From NCBI GenBank assembly GCA_029717555.1, contig JAMDHS010000010.1, forward strand, positions 248,001-312,000: a stretch of 64,000 bases of DNA, written 5' to 3'. Under the pieces are notes generated by a model that saw only the letters and a list, made by a program, of their open reading frames with translations, did not search any database and was not told the DNA's origin. Positions 26,505 through 39,512 of the stretch are shown here, piece after piece. Position 1 is the stretch's first letter; each line of letters starts with the position of its first letter. The position numbers were made by a program, and so were the translations under genes. Source of the DNA: Peribolospora baueri. Lineage: Eukaryota.

Positions 26505-29500
26505 TTTGGAGAGCGACAGAGCCGTGGAGGATGGCGAAGGACGAGCGAGGGAGGGCTAGAGTACAGTGACAAGGGCAGGGGCTGTCGTGAGGAAGGAAAG
26601 AGGGAAGAAAAGGGCGGAGGACAACAGTCCTTTTAAGCCTTCTTCCCTACCCCCCATCGTCCACTCCTCGTCCTCCCTTCCGTCCTTCCTTGCACCTGGT
26701 CGGCTTCGACTTCGGCTTCGGTGGCCCGTGCGCGGGCGGACCCAAGGTGGTAGTGCCAATGGGCTGGCGAGGCGAGCGCTGAGGCCAGCCAATGCTAGTG
26801 GATGGGCGAGGAACGCCTGCGTCTCGGTCGGTCGGTCGTCAGGTAGGTCTAGTGGTCGCGTCGATAGCCCAACGAACGCGTTCCTGTCCGTCCGTCGTGT
26901 CGTCTCCGGTAGCGCAGCGCAGATGGGCGTGCCTGCTCGGGTCTGTCTCCAAAACGAGTGGTGAGACGATGGAAGAATGGCTTGGCGTCGACTGACTGCC
27001 TTGCTTCTTCCCCGCCTCGAGGCTGTGCCAAAGGTTCGCAATGCGGAGGACGACCGCAGCAGGAACGAACAAACAAACAGACGTGTGTCGGCGTCGGCGT
27101 CGGCGTCGTTGAAGCGAAGGCAAAGCCCGAGCGGAAAAGAAGCCCACTGGGCTCGAACAGCGCAACAGCTCACAACGCCGACTGGACTCCTGAAAAACCT
27201 GGGCCGTAATTGGACCGACCTCATTCTTAGACTGTAGGAGATGCAAGTTCCCGTCAAGATCGAACGAGATGGAAAGTTTGGTCAATATTGAGATCCGATA
27301 AGGTCGGACAGTTAGAGAACATAGACACCTGAGCGCTCCGAAGGAGAGTTGTCATGTCACCTGTCACGTGACTCTCTCTCTCTCGGAGAGATACTCCAAC
27401 ACATACAGGAACTGGAAAAGGACCTGGCCGCTCAGAAGAAGGAACTGGCCACTCTGAGGTGCTCGCAAGGGAACAGCAACGACAAGGACACCGGAAAACC
27501 GGAAAACCTGGACAAAGCGAAATCCAGGGTTTAACAACTATTGCCTCAAGTCCCAAAATTGCAAACAGGCAGCACCAGTTCCTACAACTGGTCCAACAGG
27601 CTGCAAGACATACTTGTCCAACTTCCGCATGCCTTCGATATTCTTACCGCCTCCTCCCCGGACTTCACCCCGGAGGCAAATACTACGACCACGACCTCGA
27701 CACATTCCTTGGCTTTGTTGTGCGTTTTACGTGCGACGACTCCAGGGGGGAAGGGAACGTGGCTAGCCTAATGTCCAAAGGCCACGAGCGGACCAGGGAC
27801 GTGGGGAGCCAACTGTACAAGGCCTTCAAGACGGCCTTCACCATGGGCGACGAAGCCAGGGCCCGACAAGTCAAATCCGAACTTCTCAACCTCACCCTGG
27901 ACGGCTCGTTAGCGGAAGTCGGGGGTAGGATTGATGAACTGGTGGAGATGGGTGCTAGGGCCGGAGTCACGATTACGGACAAGGAGCAACGCGACGCCCT
28001 CTTCACAGCATATTCCGAGGACGCAAGACTAGATGCTGCTGTCGCCGCGATGGAGACAAGCAGCAATCCGGACTACAAGACGTACTACGGGGTTATGCTC
28101 TTTCTTACCTCTCGGGACTCGCGAAGTCGTAACCGAATCGAGTCCCGCCGATCCGGGGCGAGGCTCACGTCCACCGATGACACCCCACGCCAAAGGGGAC
28201 ATCGCGGAAGTAGGAAGCCGCCCTCGGGCACCTGCAACTTTTGCCAGAGCCCGGACCACTGGACCAGGGATTGCGACCATCCCAACTTCGATCCGAGAGT
28301 CTGGAGGGCCGACGTCGAGAAGGGGGCTGGGAACTCCCGCAAGCCCACCCCTAGGAAGAGCTTTGACGAAGAACACGAAGGGCAAGCCCGTCCCCAAGGC
28401 TCGGAAGGTGTCTTCCGCGGGCAGCGGCTCCGAGGTCGGATCGGTGGACTATGGAGAGAGCGACGCCTGGAAAGAAGAGGACGTGAGCACGGTGACTTTT
28501 AGGAGGGAGACGGGACTGCGAACCAGGCTCTTGGGGACAAAGATGAAGAGTTGGAACCTGGACTCGGGAAGCACAACACATATGTGCTATGACCGCGGCT
28601 CCTTCCGCCATTTCAGGACCACTCGGGGCGAAGTTGAGCTGGCAAATGGCGTTACCGTGGCAATCGAAGGGATCGGCGAAGTCACCATCAAGTTCGTCGA
28701 TGCAAAACTGCTCACACAGACCATCACACTCCCGGACTGCTTATACGTCTCAGCCCTAGACGAAAACTTAATCTCGGTCGCCCGATTGGTCAAGTCTGGA
28801 TTCAAGATACTCATGGATAACCCATACGCCCGCATCACCCGTCCCGACTGGCCCATTATCCACCTCGCCATGCACAACTCTTGCTGGCGGGTCCTTCCCA
28901 GACAACAGGCCCTACGGGCTAAGACCTCCCCTCATCCCCCCCTCTTGGATCCTCAATCTGGCACGCCCGCTTGGGTCATGCTAGTCATGAACGAATTCGT
29001 CTCCTCACCTCTCTGGGCGTAGGCGTCCCACCGCACATCTCGCGCGGCACACATTTCTGCGAGGTCTGCACTCGATCCAAACACTCCGAGGCTAGCTTTC
29101 CTCATCGCATCACCCCCCGTGCTGCACGCCGCCTCCAACTCATCCACGTCGACCTCATAGGCCGGTCCGGGGGATGTGCCACAACCCCAAAGAGTATGTC
29201 CTCACTTTACGACGCCTCCCGCTTCGTATGGGCAATCCCACTCGAGAACAAAAGCTCTGCCTCCGCTCAACTCTGCAAGTGGGCCGCTACCGCCGAGGCG
29301 CACACGGGTAACCGCATCGGTACGATCCGATGCGATAACGGCAAAGAGTTCGTCAAGAAGGAAACTAAGGCCTGGACGGACCCGCAGGGGATACAATGGC
29401 AGATCACGGCCGTTGATACGAGTAAACAGAACGGCGTTGCTGAGAGGATGAACAGAACGCTCATGGCCACAACTCGTGCGCTTCTCAAGGATGCTGAGCT

Positions 29501-30041
29501 CGGGGACCAATATTGGAAGGAGGCCGTCACTACCGTGGCATACCTCATTAACCGTCTTCCTGCCCGGAAGCTCGGAAATAAGCTCCCCTATACCCGACGG
29601 TACAAGAAGAAACCCATCCTCTCCGGTCTCCGTCGCTTCGGATGCGTCGCTTACGCTCTCGCCAAGAATCCCGTCGGCAAACTCTCCGACCGCAGCATCC
29701 CTGGCGTCTTCCTGGGCTATGATGAATCCCGCGAGTCCTATCGGCTGTACACGCCCGGCTCTCGACCTGAATGGCGCTGGACCCGTGATGTGCAGTTCGA
29801 CGAGACCTCCAACTGGACGACACGGCCCGCTACTCGCGAGCGCATGCCGGATCAAGTCGTCTCCCTTGACTTCCTTGCGGCTGTAGGGGAGGACATTGCC
29901 GATGATATACCCGACAATGAAGACATGGAACAAGGGAACGACATCCTACCCAACGACCCTCTTCCGGACCTTCATGTCGACCAGCCCGATGCCCCCGCCG
30001 AACAACCCGAGCAACAGCCTGGCATGCAACGTGAGGAGAAC

Positions 30042-30095
30042 GCCGCTCCCGGGCCTCACGCCGCTCCCGGGCCTCACGCCGCTCCCGAGCCTCAC
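30042..30095. repeat. Three 18-bp tandem repeats in the Copia IN-RT linker
   Basis: GCCGCTCCCG(G/A)GCCTCAC x3, encoding AAPGPH/AAPEPH. Confidence 0.9.
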
Positions 30096-31974
30096 CCAGC
30101 CCCTCGGGAAAGGCCTACACCTTCCAGGGAGGTACCTCCCCCTCGCCTACCTGAGCCACCCCTGTCACACGCCCCGGACCGTTCCCGGCGCCCTCCCAGA
30201 CCATCGGCAAAGCTTCTGGAAAGCCAAGAAAGGGAGGTGATCCGACTTCGGAGTAAACAGAAGGTCGAAGAGCTCAAGGCCCGCCGAGAGTAAGCCCAAC
30301 GGGACCGAGAAGCCAACTTGGCCCACGAACGAAGGCTCAATCTCCGAAATCGGCAATCGGCGAAGAAGGCTGGAGACCCGGTCAAATGGAGCAACTCCCC
30401 TGGCGGAGAAGATGGACAACCTGTACCGCCGGAACTGGCCCTGAACTCCGAGCACGGTGAAAGGTGGTGCGAGGCCCTACAGAAGGAACTTGGCTCACTG
30501 AAGAAGAAGCGGACCTGGACCCCGGTTAAGCCACGGCCCAAGGGACGGAAGGTTATCCAACACAAGACCACCTTCATCCGGAAAATGGATGCTGACTACA
30601 AGCCCAACCGGTACAAGTGCCGAATAGTCGCAAAGGGGTTCACTCAACCCCACGGTCTCGACTACAACAAGACCAAGTCCGGAGTAGCTCGAGCCGAAGA
30701 GGCCCGCCTCTTCTTTTCCCTTGCCGCTCGGAACAACTGGGAACTTCACCAGTGCGATGCTGTCACAGCCTTCCTCAACGCCCAGCTCGAGGAAGAAATC
30801 TACATGTCCAACCCGGAGAAACCCGGTGGCTTCGTTCGACTGTTGAAAAAGCTTTATGGTCTGAAGCAATCACCTCGCGAATGGGAACGACATGTGTAGA
30901 CGACGATGGCCAACCTGGGATATCGGGCCTCAGAAGTATCTCCCTGCATCTTCATGAGGACGTCGTTTCCTCCTCCTCTCACCCAGCACCCGGACCATAG
31001 AGACGGCTAAGAAGGAACTCGGCGACCAGTTCGACATTACGGACGATGGAGAAGCCAAGCACTTCCTCGGCATGAAGATTGTCCGCGACCGCACGGAAGG
31101 GACCCTTCAGATCGACCAGACGGGTTACGCCGAATCCCTCTGCAAGGACATCAAGTCGACAGTAAGAGGTGGACTCCTCTCCCCACAACACCACTGACCA
31201 AATACGATGGTGAAGTCGACGAGAACCGGAGAGAAAAGTTCCTTAGGATCAACGGAGGACTCATGTGGCAGTATCCGGTCGTACTCTTGCGATCCAGGTT
31301 CGGTTGGCCGCCGTAGTCTGAGTCACAATGTCCAATGAGGCGGGAACGCTGAGGGCCGCCTTTCCCGTAGGTCAGAGTTGAGTTCCTCGTCTGATTGACG
31401 TAGGCCAACGTTTGCAGGAGAGCTCGTTCGTGTACTGGTCCCGGGTTGCGCGCGAAACGTCCGAGATGCTTGGTGGAAAACGACAGGTCTGGTCGCGAGC
31501 AGCCGGTCAAGCTTCTATCACCTCGGAGACCTCATCAGCTGGCGCAGTCAAACCCAAAAGTGTATTGCCCAGTCGACAGCTGAAGCCGAGTACGTCGCTG
31601 CTTCCGATGCCGCTAAGGAGGCAGCCTACCTCAAATCCCTCCTCCGTGAATTGGGATGGGATACACGACCTATCATCAGGTCCGACAATCAAGCTGCAAT
31701 CCGAGCCGCGGAAGATCCGCAGAATCACCAAAAATTCAAGCACGTCGATATCAAGTACCACTACATCCGACGAGCGGTGAAGAAACGGCACATTCGACTC
31801 CGCGAGATCCGAACGGGTAACAACACTGACGTCCTCACCAAGATCCCACAAAGGAAATGCTCTTCCGAGCACGCCACAAATCCAGGGTCCAAGACCACGG
31901 ACCCGTTGTCGTCACCAACCATCTGGGCAAACCGAAGTTAGACGGTCAAGATGGACATCGTGTAGAGGGAGGAG

Positions 31975-32095
31975 AGTTAGAGAATATAGATGTCATGTGA
32001 CCTGTCACGTGAGGAAGATCTTTGTACCTAGGCCAGCACGAGGTCCATTGGTTCCTGTGATGGAACTACGACGAAGTATACCACTACGTCTAACT
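31975..32095 (+). repeat. Copia 3' LTR (121 bp) with AGTTAGA…TCTAACT termini; truncated 5' copy at 27310-27371
   Basis: Follows polypurine tract GAGGGAGGAG; perfect 7-bp terminal inverted repeat; shares AGTTAGAGAAYATAGA and TGTCATGTSACCTGTCACGTGA with 27310-27371. Confidence 0.8.
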
Positions 32096-34340
32096 GGCTG
32101 CCTTGGTCATGACCTGGTGCCGCTCGCGCTCCTGGTCGGTGCGGGGGCGTGCGGCGGTCTGGCGGTTTGGGCAGGCCGCCGCGAACCGTGCAATATCACC
32201 ATTGATCGATAGCCACCAGCCGCGATAGCGAAGGACGCCGCCAAGGCCGGGGTGCCCGAGATGCCCGTAAGCCGAATGCATCCTCTCAATAAGGGCGTGT
32301 CGGAAAAGCGGGGGCACGTATTGCGCGAGCTCACCGTCGTCAATTTTCCGGCATAGGACTCCCACCTCGTTCACGGCATAGTGACCAGCGGCGTCGCGCA
32401 CTTCCTGATCGCCTGAGCCGCTCTCGCCTGGGAGCTGGCCCGAAGTGAGGGCGGCGACTGATGGCGTCGGACACCACATTGTCGTGCCCGCGCCGGTAGC
32501 GAATGTCGAGGTCGTACTCCGCGAACACATCTATCCACCTCCTAAGGCGCTTGGATGGCGCTTTAACCCGACTTCAAGTATTTGAGACTCTCGTGGTCGG
32601 TGAGAATGGTGACGTTCTCGACATATGGGCACCACACCCGTAGGGCATGCTTAACAGCGAGCAACTCCTTTTCATGGACCAGATAGTTGAGCTCGGCTGC
32701 GGTTAATTTGCGGCCATCATAAGCCACTGGGTGAAGCTTGTGGTCGGCGAGTGACTCCTGCAAGAGCACCATGCCAATGGCGAGGTCCGAGGCGTCGGTC
32801 TCGATGGTGAACGGTCGCTCGAGGTGCGGACTGGCGCCGCAGTGAGTGCGGCCTTGAGGTCCTGAAAGGCGCTCTCACACTGGGCGGTCCAGTGGATCGA
32901 CCAAATCGCTTCTTGCGCAAGTCGGCGTCGCCTTCCTTCAAGAGGTTGTGTAGCACCACTGCACAACGAACCAAGCTGGAGATGAAGCTGCGGTAGTAGG
33001 TCGCGAGGCCCAAGAACTGACGGACTTCGTGGACGTTCGTCGGACGGGGCCACTCGGCCAGCACCTTGACCTTTGCCGGCATCGGCTTGACGTGGCCACG
33101 GCCGACAATGTGGCCACAAAACTCGACCTCGGGCTGGGCAAAGACACACTTGTGTGGCTTTGCATAGAGCCGGTGGTCGTGGAGCAGCCGTAGAACGACC
33201 TTGGCATGCTCACGGTGGTCCTCGATTGTCCTTGAGTAGATGAGGATGTCATCAAGATACACAATGACGAACTTGTCAAGGTACGGCCGCAACATGCGAT
33301 TGACGATCGTCTGGAAAGCTGCTGGCGCATTCATCAACCCAAAGGGCATCACCAGGAACTCAAACTTGCCCTGTCGTGTGTTGAATGCGGTTTTGGGGAC
33401 ATCGGACGGCGCGAGGCGGATTTGCCAGTAGCCCGGCCTAAGGTCGATCTTTGTGTATATCGAGCGTGGCCAAGCTGGTCGATACAATCTTGGATGCGCG
33501 GGAGGGGATAGCCGTTCTTGGTCGTCTTGTCGTTGAGCACACGGTAATCGATGCACATGCGCCACGAGCCATCGGACTTGGCGATGAAAAGAACAGGAAA
33601 TCCCCATGGGCTTGAGGATTCACGAATCAGGCCAGCATCGAGGAGCGCCGCAATCTGCTTGGCCTGCTCCTTAAGCTGCACCGCCGTGAGACGGTAAGCA
33701 TTGATGTTGCGCGCGGCATGACTGCCTGTGTGGATGATCTCAGACGTCAACGTCCGTTCGCCTGGAATCTTCTCCGGCCGTTCGTCAAGCGGCAGCTGCT
33801 CCTGGAAGACAGATCTGAAGTCGCCCAGAAGAGTGTCAAGAGCCGTATCCCCGGTCTTGAAAAGGGGCGGCTGATCGGGGGCAGGGTCGTCGACTGAGGG
33901 CCGGATGACCATGAGGTAGGCGCCGGTCCCTGGCCTTCGCAATGCCTTCTGCGTCGACAAGAGATGGAGGAGCTGCCGTGAGTGCTCCCGGGGCCCCGGG
34001 GCCTCGATGGCAGGGACATGGTGGTGTGCCCCCGCGTTGTCCGTGATCCGGCAAGTGTGGTCACGGAATGAGAGTCGACAGTCGACTCGATCCATCCATG
34101 ACGCGCCGAGGATGACGTCGAAGTCGTGCAAGTCGAGGCGATCTGCCTCGACCTGGTCGGCATACGAACCGACACGGAGCGGGATGGAAACAGTACCAAA
34201 GACTGTCATAGCCGCCCCGTTTGGGAGCCGGATGTCGGCGTTGTCGACGGGTCGGGGTGCAACCGGAAGGCGAGCGCGCTCTACGAAACTCCTGCTTACG
34301 TAGACCTGCGACGCACCACAGTCGAACAAGGTGCGAGCGG
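32096..34340 (-). mobile_element. Decayed Ty3/Gypsy pol (PR-RT-RH-IN zinc finger), truncated at the Copia LTR
   Basis: [72 protein letters not shown]…GWWLSINGDI…AACPNRQ; several frameshifts. Confidence 0.95.
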
Positions 34341-35433
34341 CGAGGTCGGCGACGGACGCAGGGACGTAGGAAAGGTCGTGTTGGCTCTTATCACGAGCCG
34401 TGGCTAATAGGACGGAGAGCCGTAGGTCGTCCTCGTAGCCGGTCTGCCCAATCCGCTACTCATCGGACCGGGACTTCGAAGTCATCATCACTGAAACTTT
34501 TGAGTCAGACGGGGGATGGCCGCCGTCTGAGTGGCCGTGGTTCGACGACTGGTCGGACTCACGCCGCACGGGGGAAAGAACCGCATTGAGGGCTTGACGT
34601 CACTCCGGTTCTTGCAATCGCGGTACGAGTGGTCACTCTTCCTGCACCCGCCTGGAGTCGCCGCTCCCCTGGCGGTAGGAGTAGGACCTATTCACCTGCC
34701 GACTGCCGGAATCAGGACTGATCGTAGGGCGGGTGACTAAGCTTACATGGTGACTTGCCCTTCCTCCCCACCCTGTCGGCACCGCGCGTAACCTTTCGTA
34801 GGAATCCTACTGACTAGCTGATCGTCGCAGCGCAGAGATGCAATCTGCTTTCTTCCGCAGGTCCAAGACTTCTCTGGGTGCGCACCATCCTATCTCCATC
34901 CCGTCCGGCCTGGGTCAAATCCCCCCGGCCACAGCCGGGGGTGCTCACTCACCACAAGTCGAGGATCAGCAGCCGCTGTTGCTGCGAACAGTGGAACTCG
35001 AAATATGACGCTACCGCGATGAGGAAAGTTCGATGCGTATTTGGTAACTCCGCAGGCATGGATCGCGTCGCCTTCCCCGATGACCAAAGCCGAATCCCTC
35101 CAAGCGCCGACGTGCAAAGAACCGCATAATGGAGGCTATGTTAAAGCGTGTAGGCTGAGAAGAAGGCGGAGGTACAGGAGACGGAGCACGTGGTATGATA
35201 CGAATGAAGCGGCGGACTCCAGGCGAAGGCGGCGTCCTCGAGCGACAGCTTGTCGGCGGAGAAAGTGGGTATCCTTGCAACAGTTAGAGGTAGAAAAATG
35301 CCTTGAGGTTGGCAAGGGAAGGAAGACGAGAACCGGGATGTACGTAAACCGGTCTGGCGACAAATACGAATACGAAGCAGCGCTGCAAAAGCAGTCACAA
35401 GAAAGGATCGAGACGAAGACAAGGCGAGGGCGG

Positions 35434-38024
35434 TCACGCGCCAGCCTCGTCTGCTAACTTCTTGGCCTCCTCTTCATCTTTCCTCCTCCTCCTCTTCTTC
35501 TTCTTGCCTCCCTTCTTCTTGACCACTTGAGTGACCTCCGTAGTCACCGGCAGATCCCCTGGCTCATCTCTCTCCGCGCCAGATTGCTCCTCCCGATCGG
35601 CTAGGACATTATCGGGTTCATCTCGGCCACCGGTTGGAAGGGTCGCCATCGCCGCATTGCTTGTCCGCGCGACGTCGACGTCCCCATCACTCTGGTTGAT
35701 AACTCGAAGCCAGTTCTCGCCCACCTCGGCCCGCAAGGCCTCGATCCGCTTGCGAAACGCATCGCTCGAAGCCTTGTCACGGAGTCCCAAGCCTCTAGTG
35801 GTGGACTCGTCACCTGCTCCACGCTCTTCCGACGCGTTCGCCAGGTCTGCTGAAGACGAAGGCTCGAACAGAGAGGACGATACCCGAGCGCGCCTTGACG
35901 AGCTGACACCTGCTGGTCTCGTGCTCCTTTCAATGGGTCGTGAATCCGCAACTTGAGTAACGTCTCCTATTCGACTGTCAACTTCACCGCTCTTCCTATA
36001 TCGTAGTTGCGCTCCCGTCCCGACTGCCGCTTTTGAAGGGCTCGACGCGTCTTGCGATGGTCCAGCTGAGGGGCCGGCCAATTGTGATGTGTCTATCGGC
36101 CTCTGGTCCTCCGCCGTATCGCCATCTTGTCCGAGAGACAGCCGTTGTAGTAGGTTATCCGGCGCCGTGCTGCTCCCTGTCCCAGCCTTGGCGTCTACGT
36201 CCGACATGCCTGAGGGCTCCGTGCCGCTATCGCTAGACGCTCCCGCCGTCGCGGTATTGCCACTCAATTCGACGATGCGCTTGTTCCGTTTCTTGCGAAC
36301 CCCTGTGGCCCTTCGCCCCGTGCTCGATATACTTGCAGAACCGCTATCCTCTCCCGGCTTCGGAGAAGCAGCAGCGCGTCTCGAAGCTCCGTTCTTCCCC
36401 TCTTTCCGGGACGATGGTTGTGCGCTAGGGAGTTGTGGGGAATCGACGTGATTTACGGATCGATCTTGTGCTGCACCAGCTTCGGTGGCCGCGAGAGCGA
36501 TGGCGGCGGCGGCGCTGTCCTTGGAGTCCTTGTGCTTCGCAAGAGCGTCGGCAAGCTTGCCCCTCTCGAAAAACGACGGAACCGTGCCATCCAGCGAGAT
36601 GAGTTTGCCTTCCCTGGCAAAGTATCGCAGACACTTGATGCGATAACCAGCGTCGTGGACTGTGAAAGGGTTGCCGTCAACCCACACTTCCGTGATGCCG
36701 GGAAGCACGTCCAGTCGCCCAATTTCACCTGCGTCCTCGATGCGGTTGTGGCGGACGTCTAACCGCTCCAGCGCGAGCAGCCTCTCGAGTCCACAGATTT
36801 CGCAGAGCCTATTGTGGGAGATGTTCAGGACGCGTACGCTGACCAGGACGGCGAAAATGCCGAGGACGGACTCGATCATGTTGTCGGCGAGGTTGAGTGA
36901 GACAAGATTTGGCAGGTTGGCGAGAGCAGGTGGCACAGAAATGAGGAGGTTATTGCTGAGGTCGAGATGGGTGAGCGAGGTGAGATGGACCAAAGGTTCG
37001 GCAGGAATGAAAGCTATCCACAAAAAAAATAATAGACTACCGTAAGCACAATAAGCTTTGAAAGCATAGTTCTCAACGAGAACAACCTCTCACTGAGAGA
37101 ATTGTCGGACAGGTTCAAATATCTTAAGAAGTGCCATTTCAGCCGAGATAGTGAAGGTGACGGTGAGGACGTGGACGTGGGCTCGCGCTCTTCCTCGATG
37201 GCCTCTTCCCGGGTTGACTTTACTGCTCCACAAGCGTTTTGCTCCTTGTTCCGCCTTTTCTCGTCCTGAAGGACAAGGTCCACAAGAAGGTCTTGGAGGT
37301 CCTCGATGCCGCTCCTAGCCATGCTCAAGCTGCGAAGCTGCTCGGAAAGCATGTCCCAACCGAGGAACATGCGAGGATCAAGGTCCTCGAGCTCAAGCAC
37401 TTGAAGATTCTTGAAGGCGTACAAAGGTACGGCACTCTCACCAGGGCAGTCTTCAAAATCGGCGACGAGGCTCGCCGTCCTCTGGTGCAGGCGGAGGGCA
37501 GGGATTTTTGTAAAGGCGCTATAGAGGTATTTCAGGTCCTGTTCGGGCTTTGGAGGGTCAGGTGAGCCCCACCAGCCAGAGCCAAGTGAGAAGGTGGAGG
37601 AGACTGCGGAGAGGGTGGAGCGAAAAGAGTTGACCGAGATGGTATCATCGCGATCTTTAGCCGATAAGAGCGCGAGGTAGCTCATTGGCCGCGCAGCTCC
37701 ATGATTTCGAACGTCCAGCCGACCCACGGCAATCCCGATCCCCTCAAATCGGATGAGCAGGTAATATAGGTGATGTGGATCTAGTCGCAGGACCATCGGC
37801 TTGGGACGGTGACTGCTTCCTCCTCCAAGTCCCACCCATGCCGCTGGCGCCGTCCAGAGCGCCATGATGCTGGCACCGGACTGCAGCTGTCTCCTGCCCA
37901 CATCTCCTAGCCTAAGCTCATGAAGACGAATAAACTTGGAAAACTCGCGGACGTAGTCGTCGCCCGTCTTGGCCTGTGAAACCAGCAAGCCGGGTGGTCG
38001 GTCAGATGGGCATCCTCCGGCCAT
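35434..38024 (-). CDS. Leucine-rich-repeat protein (fungal nischarin/STK11IP-like), 2 exons
   Basis: GDDYVREFSKFIRLHE, LDPHHLYYLLIRFE, LKYLYSAFTKIP, LRR runs LTHLDLSNNLLISVP, and C-terminal FRKRIEALRAEVGENWLRV. Confidence 0.85.
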
Positions 38025-38310
38025 CAGGCTTCTTGTAGCTGCTCACCGGCAAGTTGTCCATACCGAGCACCAGCGACGCCAGCGGGCCAGCGCAAAGTGC
38101 AAGAGGGATATTCGAAAGTCCCCGCAGGAGAAGTCGACAGAGAGGATCGAAGTCGAGCCGGACCGACAACAGCGGACGCGTACGAGGTCGATCGCCCCCT
38201 TTGGCGGCGGAGATAAGCGGGCAAAGCTCTCACCAACCAGGCGAGCACCACCTCGCCCTCCCGAGAACTTCCATCGTGATTGACACCTCTGGTCTCATCC
38301 TCCATCGGTC

Positions 38311-39238
38311 ATGGCAACCAAGCGAGCGGCAGAGAAGGTGGTGCGGTACGCCGACCCCACCAAGTACCACTACATTGAGGGCCAGACCCCGTTCTGGCGC
38401 AAGTTCAGGGAGCTCTTCACTGTCAACCCGGAGTGCGTTTGCGTTTCGTCGCATGCTATCTCCGGATCGCCGGTTGCCTGCTCCGACGATCTTCCCGGTG
38501 CTATTTGCTCCATTGACTGACTCTCCCCGTGCTATCTCTATGGAACCAACTCCATTTCAGGATCTCCTCCGGTCTCCCTCTTCCTAATGAAAACCGCTAC
38601 CCTCAGCCCGGTTCCAGGCTCGAGAGCCATGCCAATCCTCCGTCGAAGGGTGAGTCCAGCTTAGTGAATACTCCTTCACGCGGCAAGACCTCGACTAAGG
38701 TTTTTTTTTTTAATCGCTCGCTGTGCAGCGTCTGATCTGGCCAATAACCCTTAGTGAGTGAATGCTTTGAGCTCTTTTTGCTTTGGAGCTGCAGGGCTGA
38801 GGCGACGCGTGCCCATCCCCACTACAGCTGGAAGCGCGACTTCCGTCGCTCCTACCCTCGCCTCGAGGTGATCAGCCAGCAGCATCTCACTCAGCTTCTG
38901 CTGGCCCAGCCTGAAGGCCAAGCGTGAGTCTAGGTGTTGTTCTCGTTACCCTCGTCTTTGTGTCAACTTCAGCATCTTTAACATCGTCATTCGTATTCCT
39001 CAGGCAAATCGGCGACGGATCTCAAGCCCCGGAAGGCCAGACGGCCGTGGCCACCGTGGACACTTCCTCTCCTTCGGCGTTCACGGAGGCGCTCGTTGCG
39101 GCGCACAGTGGCGACAAGGCCTACTCCACCTCCAGGCTGCCCCCCACGCCGCCATTCAAGACTTGGAAGGCCAAGGTTGTTCCCGACGCCGTACCTCACG
39201 GCGAGCACCAGTACTGGCCTATGAAGAGCTACGTTTGA
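38311..39238 (+). CDS. NDUFA7: Complex I accessory subunit (NDUFA7/NUZM-like), multi-exon
   Basis: FWRKFRELFTVNPE / ISSGLPLPNENRYPQPGS / ASDLANNPY / WKRDFRRSYPRLEVISQ … YWPMKSY. Confidence 0.85.
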
Positions 39239-39512
39239 GCTTGGGCCCCCCCTAATTGTGCGCTAGACTGATCGGAAAGATGACATGGGGTCTATTGAAT
39301 CTTGTGAGACGCCCTGCGCGCCGGAGAGGCGCCGAGCTAGGACTCTGAACGTCGCTGAACAGCTGTTTGAGCGGCGCTGTCATCGACGGAGTGTTGGCAA
39401 GGATGTACGGGTCTGTGTCCCGGACGTAAATGAATGCGATGACGAATGCGACATCAATATCCCAAACTTATTCTGACAACATAGCATGTGCCGATTAATG
39501 ACGGAGTTGAAG

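Larger units (their letters stand above)
27310..32095 (+). mobile_element. Decayed Ty1/Copia LTR retrotransposon (gag-PR-IN-RT-RH)
   Basis: Gag PKLQTGSTSSYNWSNRL and knuckle CNFCQSPDHWTRDC; PR WNLDSGSTTHM; IN IHVD…RCDNGKEF…QNGVAERMN; RT YKCRIVAKGFTQ, LYGLKQSPREW; RH STAEAEY, KHVDIKYHYIR. Contains stops, frameshifts and a deleted YVDD region. Confidence 0.96.

Noticed and set aside
27293..27309. Minus-strand 'DLIG' as the continuation of the Gypsy integrase left of the Copia element
   Set aside because: A stop follows within four codons, no further integrase motifs appear, and there is no TSD.
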